Positions 1-10,875 of a stretch of DNA of 64,000 bases are shown in pieces (positions within the stretch are counted from its first letter, which is position 1; every line of letters starts with the position of its first letter). Source of the stretch: Adineta vaga (lineage: Eukaryota > Animalia > Rotifera). Below the pieces are notes generated by a model. It was not told the DNA's origin and made no database searches. It saw only the letters and a program-made list of their open reading frames with translations. The stretch spans positions 4,650,001 to 4,714,000 of the forward strand of contig CP075493.1 of assembly GCA_021613535.1 (NCBI GenBank), in the 5' to 3' direction. The position numbers were made by a program, and so were the translations under genes.

Positions 1-959
1 ATCAACGCCGATCTGATGGATCTTATCAAGCTGTGAGATATTGGGAACGATTAATTCATTCGATGTTTTCTATTTATCCTCTATTAACTTATAAATCATT
101 TGATAATAGATTTGTAATGTTTAAATACATGATTTTTCCTGGTCGACAATTAGGTCGATCGGCAGCATGGGGATATTCTTATCTGGGACGAAACTTTCAA
201 TCATACCCATTATCTACTGTACATTATCGTCGAGCATATTTAGCATATTCAGAATGGATTTTATATCATTTTAGTTTACCATCGAAATTTGAATTAACAT
301 CAAGTCAAAAAGAATTACAGGAGACAAAACAATTCGAACAAATTCCTCTATGTAATGGATCATGTTCAAGTAAACGACCAATTATATCTAATAGTAATTA
401 TACCGGTGAATGGATTGTTGTATTAAATCGTCGTGGGATGAATAATCGTGAAATTTATAATGCAGATCAATTAGTTCAAGCTTTATTAGAAACATTTCCT
501 GATCATTCTAATCCATATTTACGTGTTTGGCCAGAGGTATTTTATTTCAATGATAACTTCTATGATATCGTACGTATGTCTAGATCAATTCGATTATTAA
601 TTGGAGTTCATGGTGCTGGTCTAGCGAATAGTTTATTTATGAGACCAGCAGCTATTCTTTATGAAATCAATTCATATGGTTGTCGTGATTTATCATTTAA
701 TTTTCGTCGATGGGCTGAAGTTTTTAATCTTCAACATGCTCTTTGGATTCCATCGAAAAGAAAAGCCAACTCAGACCAATCTTGTTATCGAGAAACTGGA
801 ACAGAAGTAAATATTAAAGAAATTATCGATGAAGTGAAAAATTTATTGAAGAATGAAATTGAATATCGAAGTGGATATTTAAAACGAGCCTTGGATATAA
901 TGAATGATATGTCAATCGTTGATTATCCTCCAACTGGATATGAAAATGTTTTATCATAA
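1..959 (+). CDS. Glycosyltransferase family 61 (DUF563)-like protein, 5'-truncated by the window edge; near-identical duplicate of 14086..15801
   Basis: LIGVHGAGLAN GT61 motif; aligns to 14843..15801 at constant offset 14842. Confidence 0.75.
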   Translation, partial: QRRSDGSYQAVRYWERLIHSMFSIYPLLTYKSFDNRFVMFKYMIFPGRQLGRSAAWGYSYLGRNFQSYPLSTVHYRRAYLAYSEWILYHFSLPSKFELTSSQKELQETKQFEQIPLCNGSCSSKRPIISNSNYTGEWIVVLNRRGMNNREIYNADQLVQALLETFPDHSNPYLRVWPEVFYFNDNFYDIVRMSRSIRLLIGVHGAGLANSLFMRPAAILYEINSYGCRDLSFNFRRWAEVFNLQHALWIPSKRKANSDQSCYRETGTEVNIKEIIDEVKNLLKNEIEYRSGYLKRALDIMNDMSIVDYPPTGYENVLS

Positions 960-1129
960 TTTGTTTTTTTCGACAAAGTTTATAGAATAGACTAGATGAT
1001 CGAACGAAATGAAACACTAGCACATGGTAAATCTCTTGTATATATCTTTGTTCATGTGTTTTACACTATCTAAGCATTTTCAAATTTACAAAAATATTAG
1101 TGCCTTCTTCCATCATCGCCACTTGTTAA

Positions 1130-1520
1130 TCCGTTCAGGACGGGCGGCCACTATAGTGGCCACTGATTGTTTTTGAACAGTGAAACGCTATTCATTAGCG
1201 ATCAGAAAAAGCTGCGTATGTATCATAATATACCTAGCGTAATGACATATATCTGATGTCATTTTCTTGATCAGTCATACTTTTTTCTCTTCACGAAGAT
1301 GCATTGTCTACAGTACGACTAGCAAACGGTCCAAAAAACGTTCTCGTACTAAGTATGAATGTTCTGAGTGTGATGTAGGTTTATGTGTTGCAAATTGTTT
1401 TCGAGAATATCATACATTGCAATCGTATTAATAAACTTGAAGGAAGAAAAGAATAAATTAATTCTTAAATTTTCTCTTCCATATGTTTTTTTCACGAAAA
1501 ATAATCCCGTCCTAAATGGG
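1130..1520 (+). mobile_element. Non-autonomous piggyBac deletion derivative
   Basis: TTAA at 1126-1129 and 1521-1524; imperfect TIRs tccgttcaggacggg / cccgtcctaaatggg; 1294..1431 encodes RRCIVYS..RSRTKYECSECDVGLCVANCFREYHT, the piggyBac transposase C-terminal Cys-rich domain. Confidence 0.85.
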
Positions 1521-1540
1521 TTAATAACATAAATTGCGTT

Positions 1541-1560
1541 TTCTCTCTCTCTCTCTCTCT
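1541..1560. repeat. (TC)n microsatellite
   Basis: direct reading. Confidence 0.9.
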
Positions 1561-1736
1561 TTTTCTTTCACCATTTTAAGTTTATGTAAACGATAGATGT
1601 TATAATGTGTTGTTATTGATAGTATAATAATCAATTCAAATTGTGAGTAACAAAGAATCGTTTCCGGTTTGTATTCTTTAGCAGTATTATAAACTTTTGT
1701 TATTTTAACATTTGATTATTTGTTTGAAAATAGTTT

Positions 1737-2523
1737 TAATTTCGAATTGAAGCACGTTTAATAGTTTCATAAAGTGTCATCATAAGAACAGAATTTGGTA
1801 TAACAATACTTGTACGAGGTATTGAACCAGAAAAAAGACCTTTAAAACCTCTTTTTTCTATAAGAATAACAAATGTTTTCGAAAGTGACTGTCTTGTAGA
1901 TGCAACTTGTAAACGTGTTTTTAAAACATCAAATGGTTATGTTAATAATGATGTTAAAAGTGCTGCTATTGTTGATGATAATGGACTAATCATTTGATCA
2001 TATTCTAATGGAAGAAATCTTTCTAATTGATATTGAATTTTCCAATAAAGTGTCCAAATAATTGAATTAAATGGAAGAGATATACCTAAAGTTATTAGAT
2101 AACCTTTATAAAAACCGCGTAAGCCATCACCGGATTTCAAATAAATATCACGAATAATATCATTCATTCGAATTCTTTCATATGTACGAGTGATCATGAT
2201 ACGTTGAGTAACAACATCAATTGGAACTATTACAATGAGAAAAATAGATTATTATCATGAAGAAAAGAACTTCAATTCTACCGAGAAATGTTTGTTGAAT
2301 AAGTGTAGCTATTCCAGCAAATGTCAAGCTTGTCAAAGTATTCCATTTGTGAGTTGGAAACTGAATTTGATTGATGATGTTTTAGAAAAGCTTACGTTGT
2401 TTCTAACGTTGTAAAACATGTTTGTAAGGCAAGAGAACTTGTTGATAAAAGACCAAGAAATTTGGTTTTGTTTAAATCATTGCAACATAATTCATGATTA
2501 TTCTTCTCCTCTGGTTTCCTTTC
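1737..2523 (-). pseudogene. Mitochondrial carrier (SLC25A44-like) pseudogene
   Basis: Carrier motifs VPIDVVTQR, GLRGFYKGY and PFDVLKTRLQ; in-frame TAA at 1937-1939 just before PFDV; stop at 2392-2394; most of carrier repeat 1 missing. Confidence 0.75.
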
Positions 2524-3673
2524 TATAGAAAGAAACAAGTTCTTTTTGTATATAGGTGAATAAGAAAAGAAATAAATCTTACTTGAATTCATTTAGTTTT
2601 GTTTTGAATAAAAACGCTCTCCTTCCAAATAATAATTAACCATCGTGTATAAGTTATCAAGAACAAAACAGATGTCACATATTCCATAGTGGTTATTTTA
2701 CAGAACCAATTCAAAATATGTAAAGAATTCGAATAATTAACTGTGCATTATTCTCACAAAAGAGAAAAAAAAACTTTCCACTCTATTCTTCTTTTATTTT
2801 TCTTATGGAAAAATAACAAATTAATTACACCTGATATGATCGATATTCTTTAACAACAGGTGGAAAAGCTGAAGATCAAATCAAATGAAAAATTCAGGTG
2901 GACGAGGATCTACATATGTATTTTATCAATACTTTCTTACTTGATGAGCCAGTTCATTGAGATAAATTAAGGTTTTATTTAAATTTGAATTCAAATGTAA
3001 AACAATAAAAATATTATTTTGACGATTGATTGTAGCTATTGGAAATAATATTCTTATAGAAAGCTAGCGAACATTTCCGACGCTATTCGGAAACTTTTCT
3101 TGAGCACAAACATACAAACTGTATTAGTATGTACATTCACATTCTCTTTCTAACTCTTTGAAACTCATTTTTAGCTTTAAATACTTTCTTATTCGATAAT
3201 CAATACTTCGTCCATGACGTCATTTATGTTCAAAAGTCTTATTCATATCTATAGGAAAATATCGCCAAGAATATGAAGTAATTATGAGATCGTGTCGGGT
3301 GTAAATAGAAAATGAGCGTGTTTCATGGTACATATTTGGTTAATACGAGAAAATCGTTATTCTCAATCTTAAGCGGATGATACAGTTAATTTTAGTTCCT
3401 AGAAGAGTCGTACCAAGAAGAATAGATAAAAATCCTACTTAGGACCGATCTTTTCTTAGTTTTAGCGAATATTCTGTTGAATCTCTTTTTCTTTTGTTTA
3501 GATGTCTATAATAATAAAAAAAATATTTGTTTCTTCCATCGCTTTGTAATTGTACGAATACAATTTAAAATTTTTATTCAGTTTCAACAAACTCTTCAAT
3601 TCATAATGTTTGATATTTCTACAACGAGAGATATAAGTATTGAAGAAAAGAGAAGTTCAATAGTTTTATTTTA

Positions 3674-5866
3674 TTAAAGCCAGCAAAAGAGAATTGTTTC
3701 ATCAATAATTTCCGATGGAATGTATTGCTCAATTCGATAAGGATGTATACTGTTCTTCCAAAGGATGCACATTTTTGAATATTGTTCTTCTCCACCTCTT
3801 AAACTACCATGACAAATGAGAAAATTCAATTTTGAAAGACCATTTATAAGGATGTGTAATGCTTCAGGAAGTTGAATATCATTAGTATTTTCGCAACTAA
3901 ACTCTATGATTTGTAATCGTGACAATTGTTTGACGATTAAAGAAACAAAACATATCAAATCTGGAATTTTGCAATGAGTATAAAAATATAATTTCTGTAA
4001 TCCATTTGACATGAGCATATTGCATAAAGAAGTATCATTAAGAAAATTGGTCAAATCTTCCATCTTCAAATCGATATCTTCATTATCACAACAAAACATC
4101 AGTTCAAGAGTACGTAAATTGATCATTTTCGATAATAGCAAATGTAACTGGCATAAACTAAATGGATTATTGATTATCAATGAAGTAATTTTATGAAATG
4201 AAACGATAGTTTGAAGGTAAGAGAAATATTTGTCGTTCAACTCAATATCTCTACAATTTATAGTAATCTTATTGATGTCTGTCGAACAATTGTTTGAGAT
4301 CATCGGTGTAATAGATGAATATCGACTTTGTCTACATTCAGAAAAACAACATCTTTGACAAGACAAAGAAAGACGAAATATCTACATACGCATATACAGT
4401 ATTTTTACTTGTAAATTCATTATCATACAGAATACTTTTAATTTGTGGTATTGTCAAAACTACGATACAATAATTATGGTCATTTAAAGATAGTTGTACT
4501 TCGATCGGTATTCGACTTTGTAATTGTCGAAATGTATCTAATAAAATGGTACTTGTATCTGATAATGATATCATGTTTTGTACATGCCAAGTCACCATCA
4601 GTGTATATGAACAATGAGAAGAAAGCATAGAAAGTAAATTACGGATGCTTGTCGGTCCAGCTACCGGTCCCAATAATGTGAACTTCGTCAAAGAAAACCA
4701 AACATCTCGGTCAAATATCTGATCAACCGAGTCCACACTACTATTGTAATGTTTCAATGTTATTTTAAGCCGCCGCAGATTTGAAACCAATTGTCTATTA
4801 ATATTTGAAATTCGACTGAAATTAATTAATAAAAAGAAAAGATTTTGTGATAAGCAAGAATAAGGAATATATTATTTGAGGTGAATAATTATCTATCTGA
4901 CCAATAATGCGCATAAAATTCAGTAGAGTATGAACTTTCTAGTTAACTCAACTTTTTCTGACCTGTAATTCCATTTATTTATCCTTTTTGTTCAAAACAT
5001 ATTTCTCTTTTCAATAAATAAAAATTAGTTAAAAAAAACTGATTCTCCATTTCAATTTATCACGTAGATTTGAATGTTAAAAAGCCAACTTACTTTTTAA
5101 TATTATCTTTCAGTGGGCATCTATCAGGTAACCAAAGCCTAGATAGACCAAAACTAAGATCTTGTAATTGTGGAAGATATTTAAGTAAATGTTCTAGAAA
5201 GACTAATGAACATTCTCGAATTACAATCGATTGCAAATTACAAAAATGTGTTTCAACTGATATAAAAACTTCATTGGTTGGTAGAATTATTTGACTATCT
5301 AAAGTCTTGTACATATATTTACGAAAACCTAGATGACATACACGTATGTAAGGAAATAATCGGCAGATTTGTTCATAGAATGCACCTTCAGGCACACCTA
5401 TATACGTATAAAGAGCGCGATAGTAACTTGTAAATCGCACTGTAAACATGACGAGAGAAGTATTAGATGTTGATGAACATTCATTGAGTATTGACTCAAA
5501 TACAGAACGTTTGATATCAATTAAGGATAAATGACGAAGATTAATGAAAGTTGATAAATGTTTAGATAACCATAATCCATTGTCAAAAGCGCATTCATCT
5601 GATACACATAATGAGATAAGACGATGACCAATATTCGATTGTGATAAGCATGTATGATAAAACTCAGTTAAAGTTATACTCATTGTATTGAAACCCAGAT
5701 AAACAGGCATAAGCGGCATGTTATAGATAGTAGAAGCAAATCGAGAATTTAAATTGGAAAAAATATTGAAGACTTCATGAAATTGAAAATAACTGAATAT
5801 TTCATAGAAAAGTTCAGTTGATAAATCTTCCAATGTTGTCGTCTTCATGTCGTATTCTAATATCAT
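3674..5866 (-). CDS. F-box-like/LRR-like protein, multi-exon (middle exon structure uncertain)
   Basis: N-terminal TLEDLSTELFYEIFSY..FSNLNSRF F-box-like motif; LxxLxL repeats; donor at 5093 and intron at about 4334-4388 link ORFs 5090..5866, 4338..4790 and 3674..4366. Confidence 0.65.
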
Positions 5867-7454
5867 TTTATCAACTTAATTGAATAGCATTCTTTTTTTA
5901 TACTCCTATGTACACAATGACACAAAGTGTCATAGTTCCTTCCGCCAATAATATTATTTGTATTAGTCCGCTTCGTCACTCAATGTACATAGAATTTCTA
6001 TTTTCTTTTTGGTACGGACACTGACGGAACGAATGATAAGAAAAAAAGTGAAACAATATCAAATTGCTAGTCGTTAATCAGAAATTTTTTGCCAGCAGTC
6101 GTAAATAATTTTGTCATCAGTAATTAGAGAATTTTTTTGTCTATCGATTCATGTAATTTGTTTTTATTGAAAAAGAAAAGCATTGAGCGATACGCAGCTT
6201 CTTCTTTGATAGATATCTGTTTTTAGGCGTTCACTTATGATTATCTCGAAAATAAGATCGGGGCTTTGAAAATGAATTTTACAGAAAAATTGTACACAGT
6301 AAATGGATGAAAATGATATATAATAGAGCTCTCGGAAAAGTGGCATCACCACTATGTACACTTTTTGATAGTGAATTGATGAATCATAGCCATCAGCTCC
6401 CATACCATTTCCTCTCCGTCAATTTCTTGTTTCCTTAGCAATGATTATTAGGTTATGATTGTTGGAAAATATTTTTCGATGATCATTAATATTAATAACT
6501 TTCTGTTAGATAAAGCTAACCAACGTTCATGAACATTGAATCCCATGTATTATCTTTTTTATTTTCTATATTCCTCTTTTTCAGTGTCGAAAACGATAAA
6601 ATAATATAAAATTTTGACACTAGATGTCTACTTTTCACCCACACTCTATTTATCTATCGATGTATATAAAGAAGAAAGTTTGTTTGTCTGTTCACTATGT
6701 AGTCAGTCCCAGTAATAGATAGTGTCAGCAAAGTTTTCACGATGGTTCCTTAGGTTCAAAGGAAGATCAACATGCAGTTAGAATTATCGAAAAGAGTCGG
6801 GAAGGGGCACCTGGGTGAAATTTCACTCAAGTACTTCCATTTCAGCAAACGTCACGAAACTTTTCACGATACTTTGTTTAGGTTGAGATAAAAGTTAGAA
6901 TATGCTTGGATTCACTAAAGAGAGTTACAAGGGCGTGTCTTCTATAGAATGAAACGCGCTCAATTTATTGTCGCGTGCTGTTTTACCAATGAATGTTCAT
7001 TTGATCGAAACTTGAAATGATATTCTAGTTTTTCAAAATCGTTCTGAAATAATAGTTTTGATATGAGACGAGCATATGAAAATGTAAGTGTGATCTTGTC
7101 CTTGCCTTGTTTTTAAGTTTACTGTGATAAAGAATGGAAACATGTTTGCTGTCTCACTTCGCTGCTTTCGTTTTATATGAATGTGTACAATCTTGAGGAT
7201 GTGAATGTAGAGAATTATTTTTTGTAGGACAATTTCATAAACTTTTATATCAGAAGACGATATAAAATAATAAGAAAATATATTTTGTTGTAAGATTTAT
7301 TCAACGAACTATTTAGCGAAGTTTTTAATTATTTAGATGCATTTGCGTATTTCATTTGATCTAAAATTAGAGTTTGAGGGTGAGGTTGATGTACAGATAT
7401 GTTAGATTCATCCTCAAGATGTCTTTTTTTATAGAAAATATTGAAAAAAATAGA

Positions 7455-8431
7455 CTACCACTGCTTTTTATAGAATATATTCAGTTTAACATTATCAATC
7501 ACACAAAATGTTGATGCGTCGTTCATATATGCATGAAGTTCAATTCGAATGAATCGAGTATAACTTGGTATTTTCCCAATTATTGATGGCACATTGTTTA
7601 GTTTTGTTTCAGTGTTAAATACTGAATATATAAATTTCTTTCGAATAAAAGAGAAGAATTCTTTCAAATCTTTTACTTTGATGTGTATCTATCCAAAGAT
7701 AATTATTTTTCAGAAAAACTAATTTTATCCACACTTTATTTGAATTATACTCTTTGGAACAACCCATGTATGTTGATATATTATACCCAGCTTGTTCACT
7801 ATAGATCAATACGGAAAACAAATGTACATCAATTAATTGAATTAACGATGATGTATTTAACGATTCAGCAAGAAAATAACATTTTCCATTATTCGATGAA
7901 ACTGATATTGTAGAATTAGTTTCTATTGAATTATCAGATCCCGGTTTCCATCTTTGTACAATTGTATTGAATTGACACTTAAAAGTATAGGAAATTTAAT
8001 CAATTATTTTCTTCTCCTCTGCTTACATCTAATTCTGCTTCGCCATCTTGAATTAATTCCGTTGAATCAATAGGATTAAACGATCCATCTGGAAATCGTG
8101 TATTAACAAGAATTAACACATTCTTTGAAATTGAATTCCATTGAAGTAATTCTCCATGATCATTATGACTATCAGGTAAATCTGTATTCGTTAAATCAAC
8201 TTTTTCTTTCCAATCAGTTCCACCTATAAATGTTGTTCGAATACTTTGTTCATCAGCTTGTTTTTGATCTTGTTTACGATTTTCATTAGCAGTTATATTT
8301 TGTTGTACAGTAAATATAATTGTAAATACTCCAAAGACAACCGAAGAAAAAGCAGCAAGAAGAAGTTTAATTATTTCTAAATAACGATTGGATTTTGACG
8401 GTTTTTCACGAGATTTTGATGAAAACTTCAT
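7455..8431 (-). CDS. Uncharacterised single-TM protein, 3 exons; possibly an internally deleted member of a TM-pentapeptide-repeat family
   Basis: ORFs 8000..8431, 7615..7821 and 7455..7667 joinable by short GT-AG introns; N-terminal hydrophobic helix followed by QQ..NRKQD..ADE. Confidence 0.5.
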
Positions 8432-9229
8432 TCTACACGTCGTACCTACCGAATAAAATTAGCATTTATCAATTTGCAAAAGGATCAAAATATATTGTTT
8501 GTCAAATAGATAATACACTTTCTCTTTTATTTCCTTTCATGAGTAGACTACAACAAATCGTAAAGTAATAACAATTGTATTATTCTACTTCTTTATAATT
8601 AATATATCGATTCATCCATGATTAAGGCAGATACTATAAGTGAAAAGTCAATGGCAGAATGACCATTTAACTGCTCTTTTTTTTGTTAAAACTCAACTAT
8701 TTACAAAGGAAGAAGCAACAGAAATATATGCAACATCGGTTTTGATAATCAAAAAGTTTTTGATTACTAGTAACTGAGATTGTCACTTCGTCTGATGACA
8801 TAAATATGCGACATATTTTGTTTTTCGTCTAGTCTTAAATTCGCTTTTATTTCTATACTCTCGAGAACGTGATCAAACATTGAAATTTTAAAGAATAGAC
8901 TCCGTAACCAATGAAACAATTATTCAATATGATATTCAACGTCGTCATATTTATCGAAATGTTGCCTTGTTTAGCTCGAATCGGAATGAGAATAACATAT
9001 TTACATATCAATTTCATCCACACTCTCACTTTCACCCTTCGCTTATTTATTTAAAAACTTTAAAGGAACATCACCATAGTAATAATGTTGAATTTAAAAC
9101 GAAATTTTTTCTTTAGAACTTTTCATTCTTCTACTTACAGAATAATTCTTAAATTGCTTGTGATTAAAACATTTCCATTTCAACAACATACAGTAGATGT
9201 GAGAGAACGATATGGTTGTTAATTTATAG

Positions 9230-9736
9230 AATAATAACTTTTCACGATTTCGTTGGATACTTCTCCTATGCTTATTTATAACGTTTCTTCTGGCTTTTTG
9301 TCACTATGAAATAAACCGTTCATCTATTATACGAACTTTTTTAATTTCGTCATCAGATTTTGAACGTTCAGTCGTATTCATTTCTAACCTTCGTACAAAT
9401 TCGACATCAATAAATGGTTGAAAATATCGTTCGTTAATTTGTACAATTGTTCGAAATGATCCACATCTAATGGAATTTCTCCTAGGACATTTAATTATTG
9501 GATTTTTGCATATCGTTGTATATGACAATAATAGAATCCTCGCTAGATACGAACACCATCACAATTATCAACTAATCGATATGGACCTGGAAATATGGGA
9601 GGTGGTGGTCTTTCACAACGTCGACCATCCTCTACTGACTCCTGATTATTATCGACAAGCACCACCACAACAGCCATCTGGACCTGGATATGATGACGAT
9701 CGTTTTGCCCACTATGAAATGGCTAATTTTCGATAG
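9230..9736 (+). pseudogene. GT92/Glyco_tranf_2_4-like 5' fragment fused to an unrelated terminal exon
   Basis: LICTIVRNDPHLMEFLLGHLIIGFLHIVVYDN resembles the GT92/GT2-like N-terminal motif; TGA at 9419-9421; frameshifted signal anchor upstream; low-complexity frameshifted tail after about 9546. Confidence 0.5.
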
Positions 9737-10875
9737 TCATCCAGTCGTTATATTTTCTTTCTTTCTTTCTTTCTTTCTTTTTTATACTCAACAAGTGTTG
9801 ATCACTTATATCTGAATGCAAGCTCATTCATCGACCTTCTGTCACCCTTCTGTTCTAGTCATTGTCGATTTCTTTCTTGTGGTCTCAGTGCCTAAGATTG
9901 ATTCTTAGCTCTCTCTCTCTCTTGTTCTTTGTGTGTATTTTTTTTGCAATTTGTACACAAATACATCATTAAATAATTTTTCTCGAAAAAATGAAATTTA
10001 AAAAAATAATAAAGATATTTGTATGATCTCCAATCGTGGTAGTTTGATTGACCCTTGTACCTAACATTAAAAGATACGACATAAATCAGAAAAAAACAAC
10101 CTCTAATGGAAATCAGAAAAGTTTTCCAGTCATTTCCGATTAGATATGTCATAAAGTTCTGGTGATTTCCGATACAATTATTCGTGAACTGACGATTGTA
10201 TCCGGAGATTGACTGTATGTATAAACGAGGGATCGAAGTTGTTATCTACTTCATATCGACTATTTCTATAGATGTTCCAACATTTATGCCATCAGGTTTT
10301 ATAAATACAACCGAATGATGATTCGATATGAATCAATCGTATTTCTGTTGTATATCTAAGATTATGTAAATAAAATAAGTCACGAAATGTAAATTCTTCT
10401 TATCTGTATGACCATCGAGGAAGATTGACAAAAAGACACAAAGAGAGAGTATGTTTAAAAACTTTCATCTGAATAATTAATAAATTAGAGTAAACAATGA
10501 AAGCGCATCACCACATAATTTTTTGCCTTTTTTCATAATAAAATAACAAATACAACTTTGCTTTCAGAGAATTTCTCGTGTCACAAATGCTGTCAACTTT
10601 CTTCCTCCTATGTGTTTTTGTCTCATCGATAAGTTGAAAAAAAGATGTATGGAGTTTGTCTACTGAAACTTGATGAAAATGGCAATTTCTTCAAAAATAA
10701 TGACGTCTCATATTTTTCTTTTTGAAAGGAGAAAAAGAAGAAATAGAAGAAGGAGCAAAAAAACCTGTAAACAATTACACATCATTCTCTTTCGGTTGAC
10801 AAAACCGACGAACGTCTATCGCAAGAGTAGAAATTTTTCTTTTCTTTATTTTCAAATAACAAGATCGATCAAATT

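Noticed and set aside
1937-1939. In-frame TAA codons suggesting an alternative genetic code
   Set aside because: TAA/TAG/TGA terminate conserved genes (H2A, H2B, YIPF4, FICD) at expected positions; the internal stops co-occur with other lesions
6695-6960. Higher-GC, transposon-end-like stretch beginning tagtcagtcccagta
   Set aside because: No matching inverted end, TSD or coding remnant identified
10195-10217. Possible pogo/Tc1-like terminus (reverse complement tacagtcaatctccggata)
   Set aside because: No partner TIR or transposase found by eye
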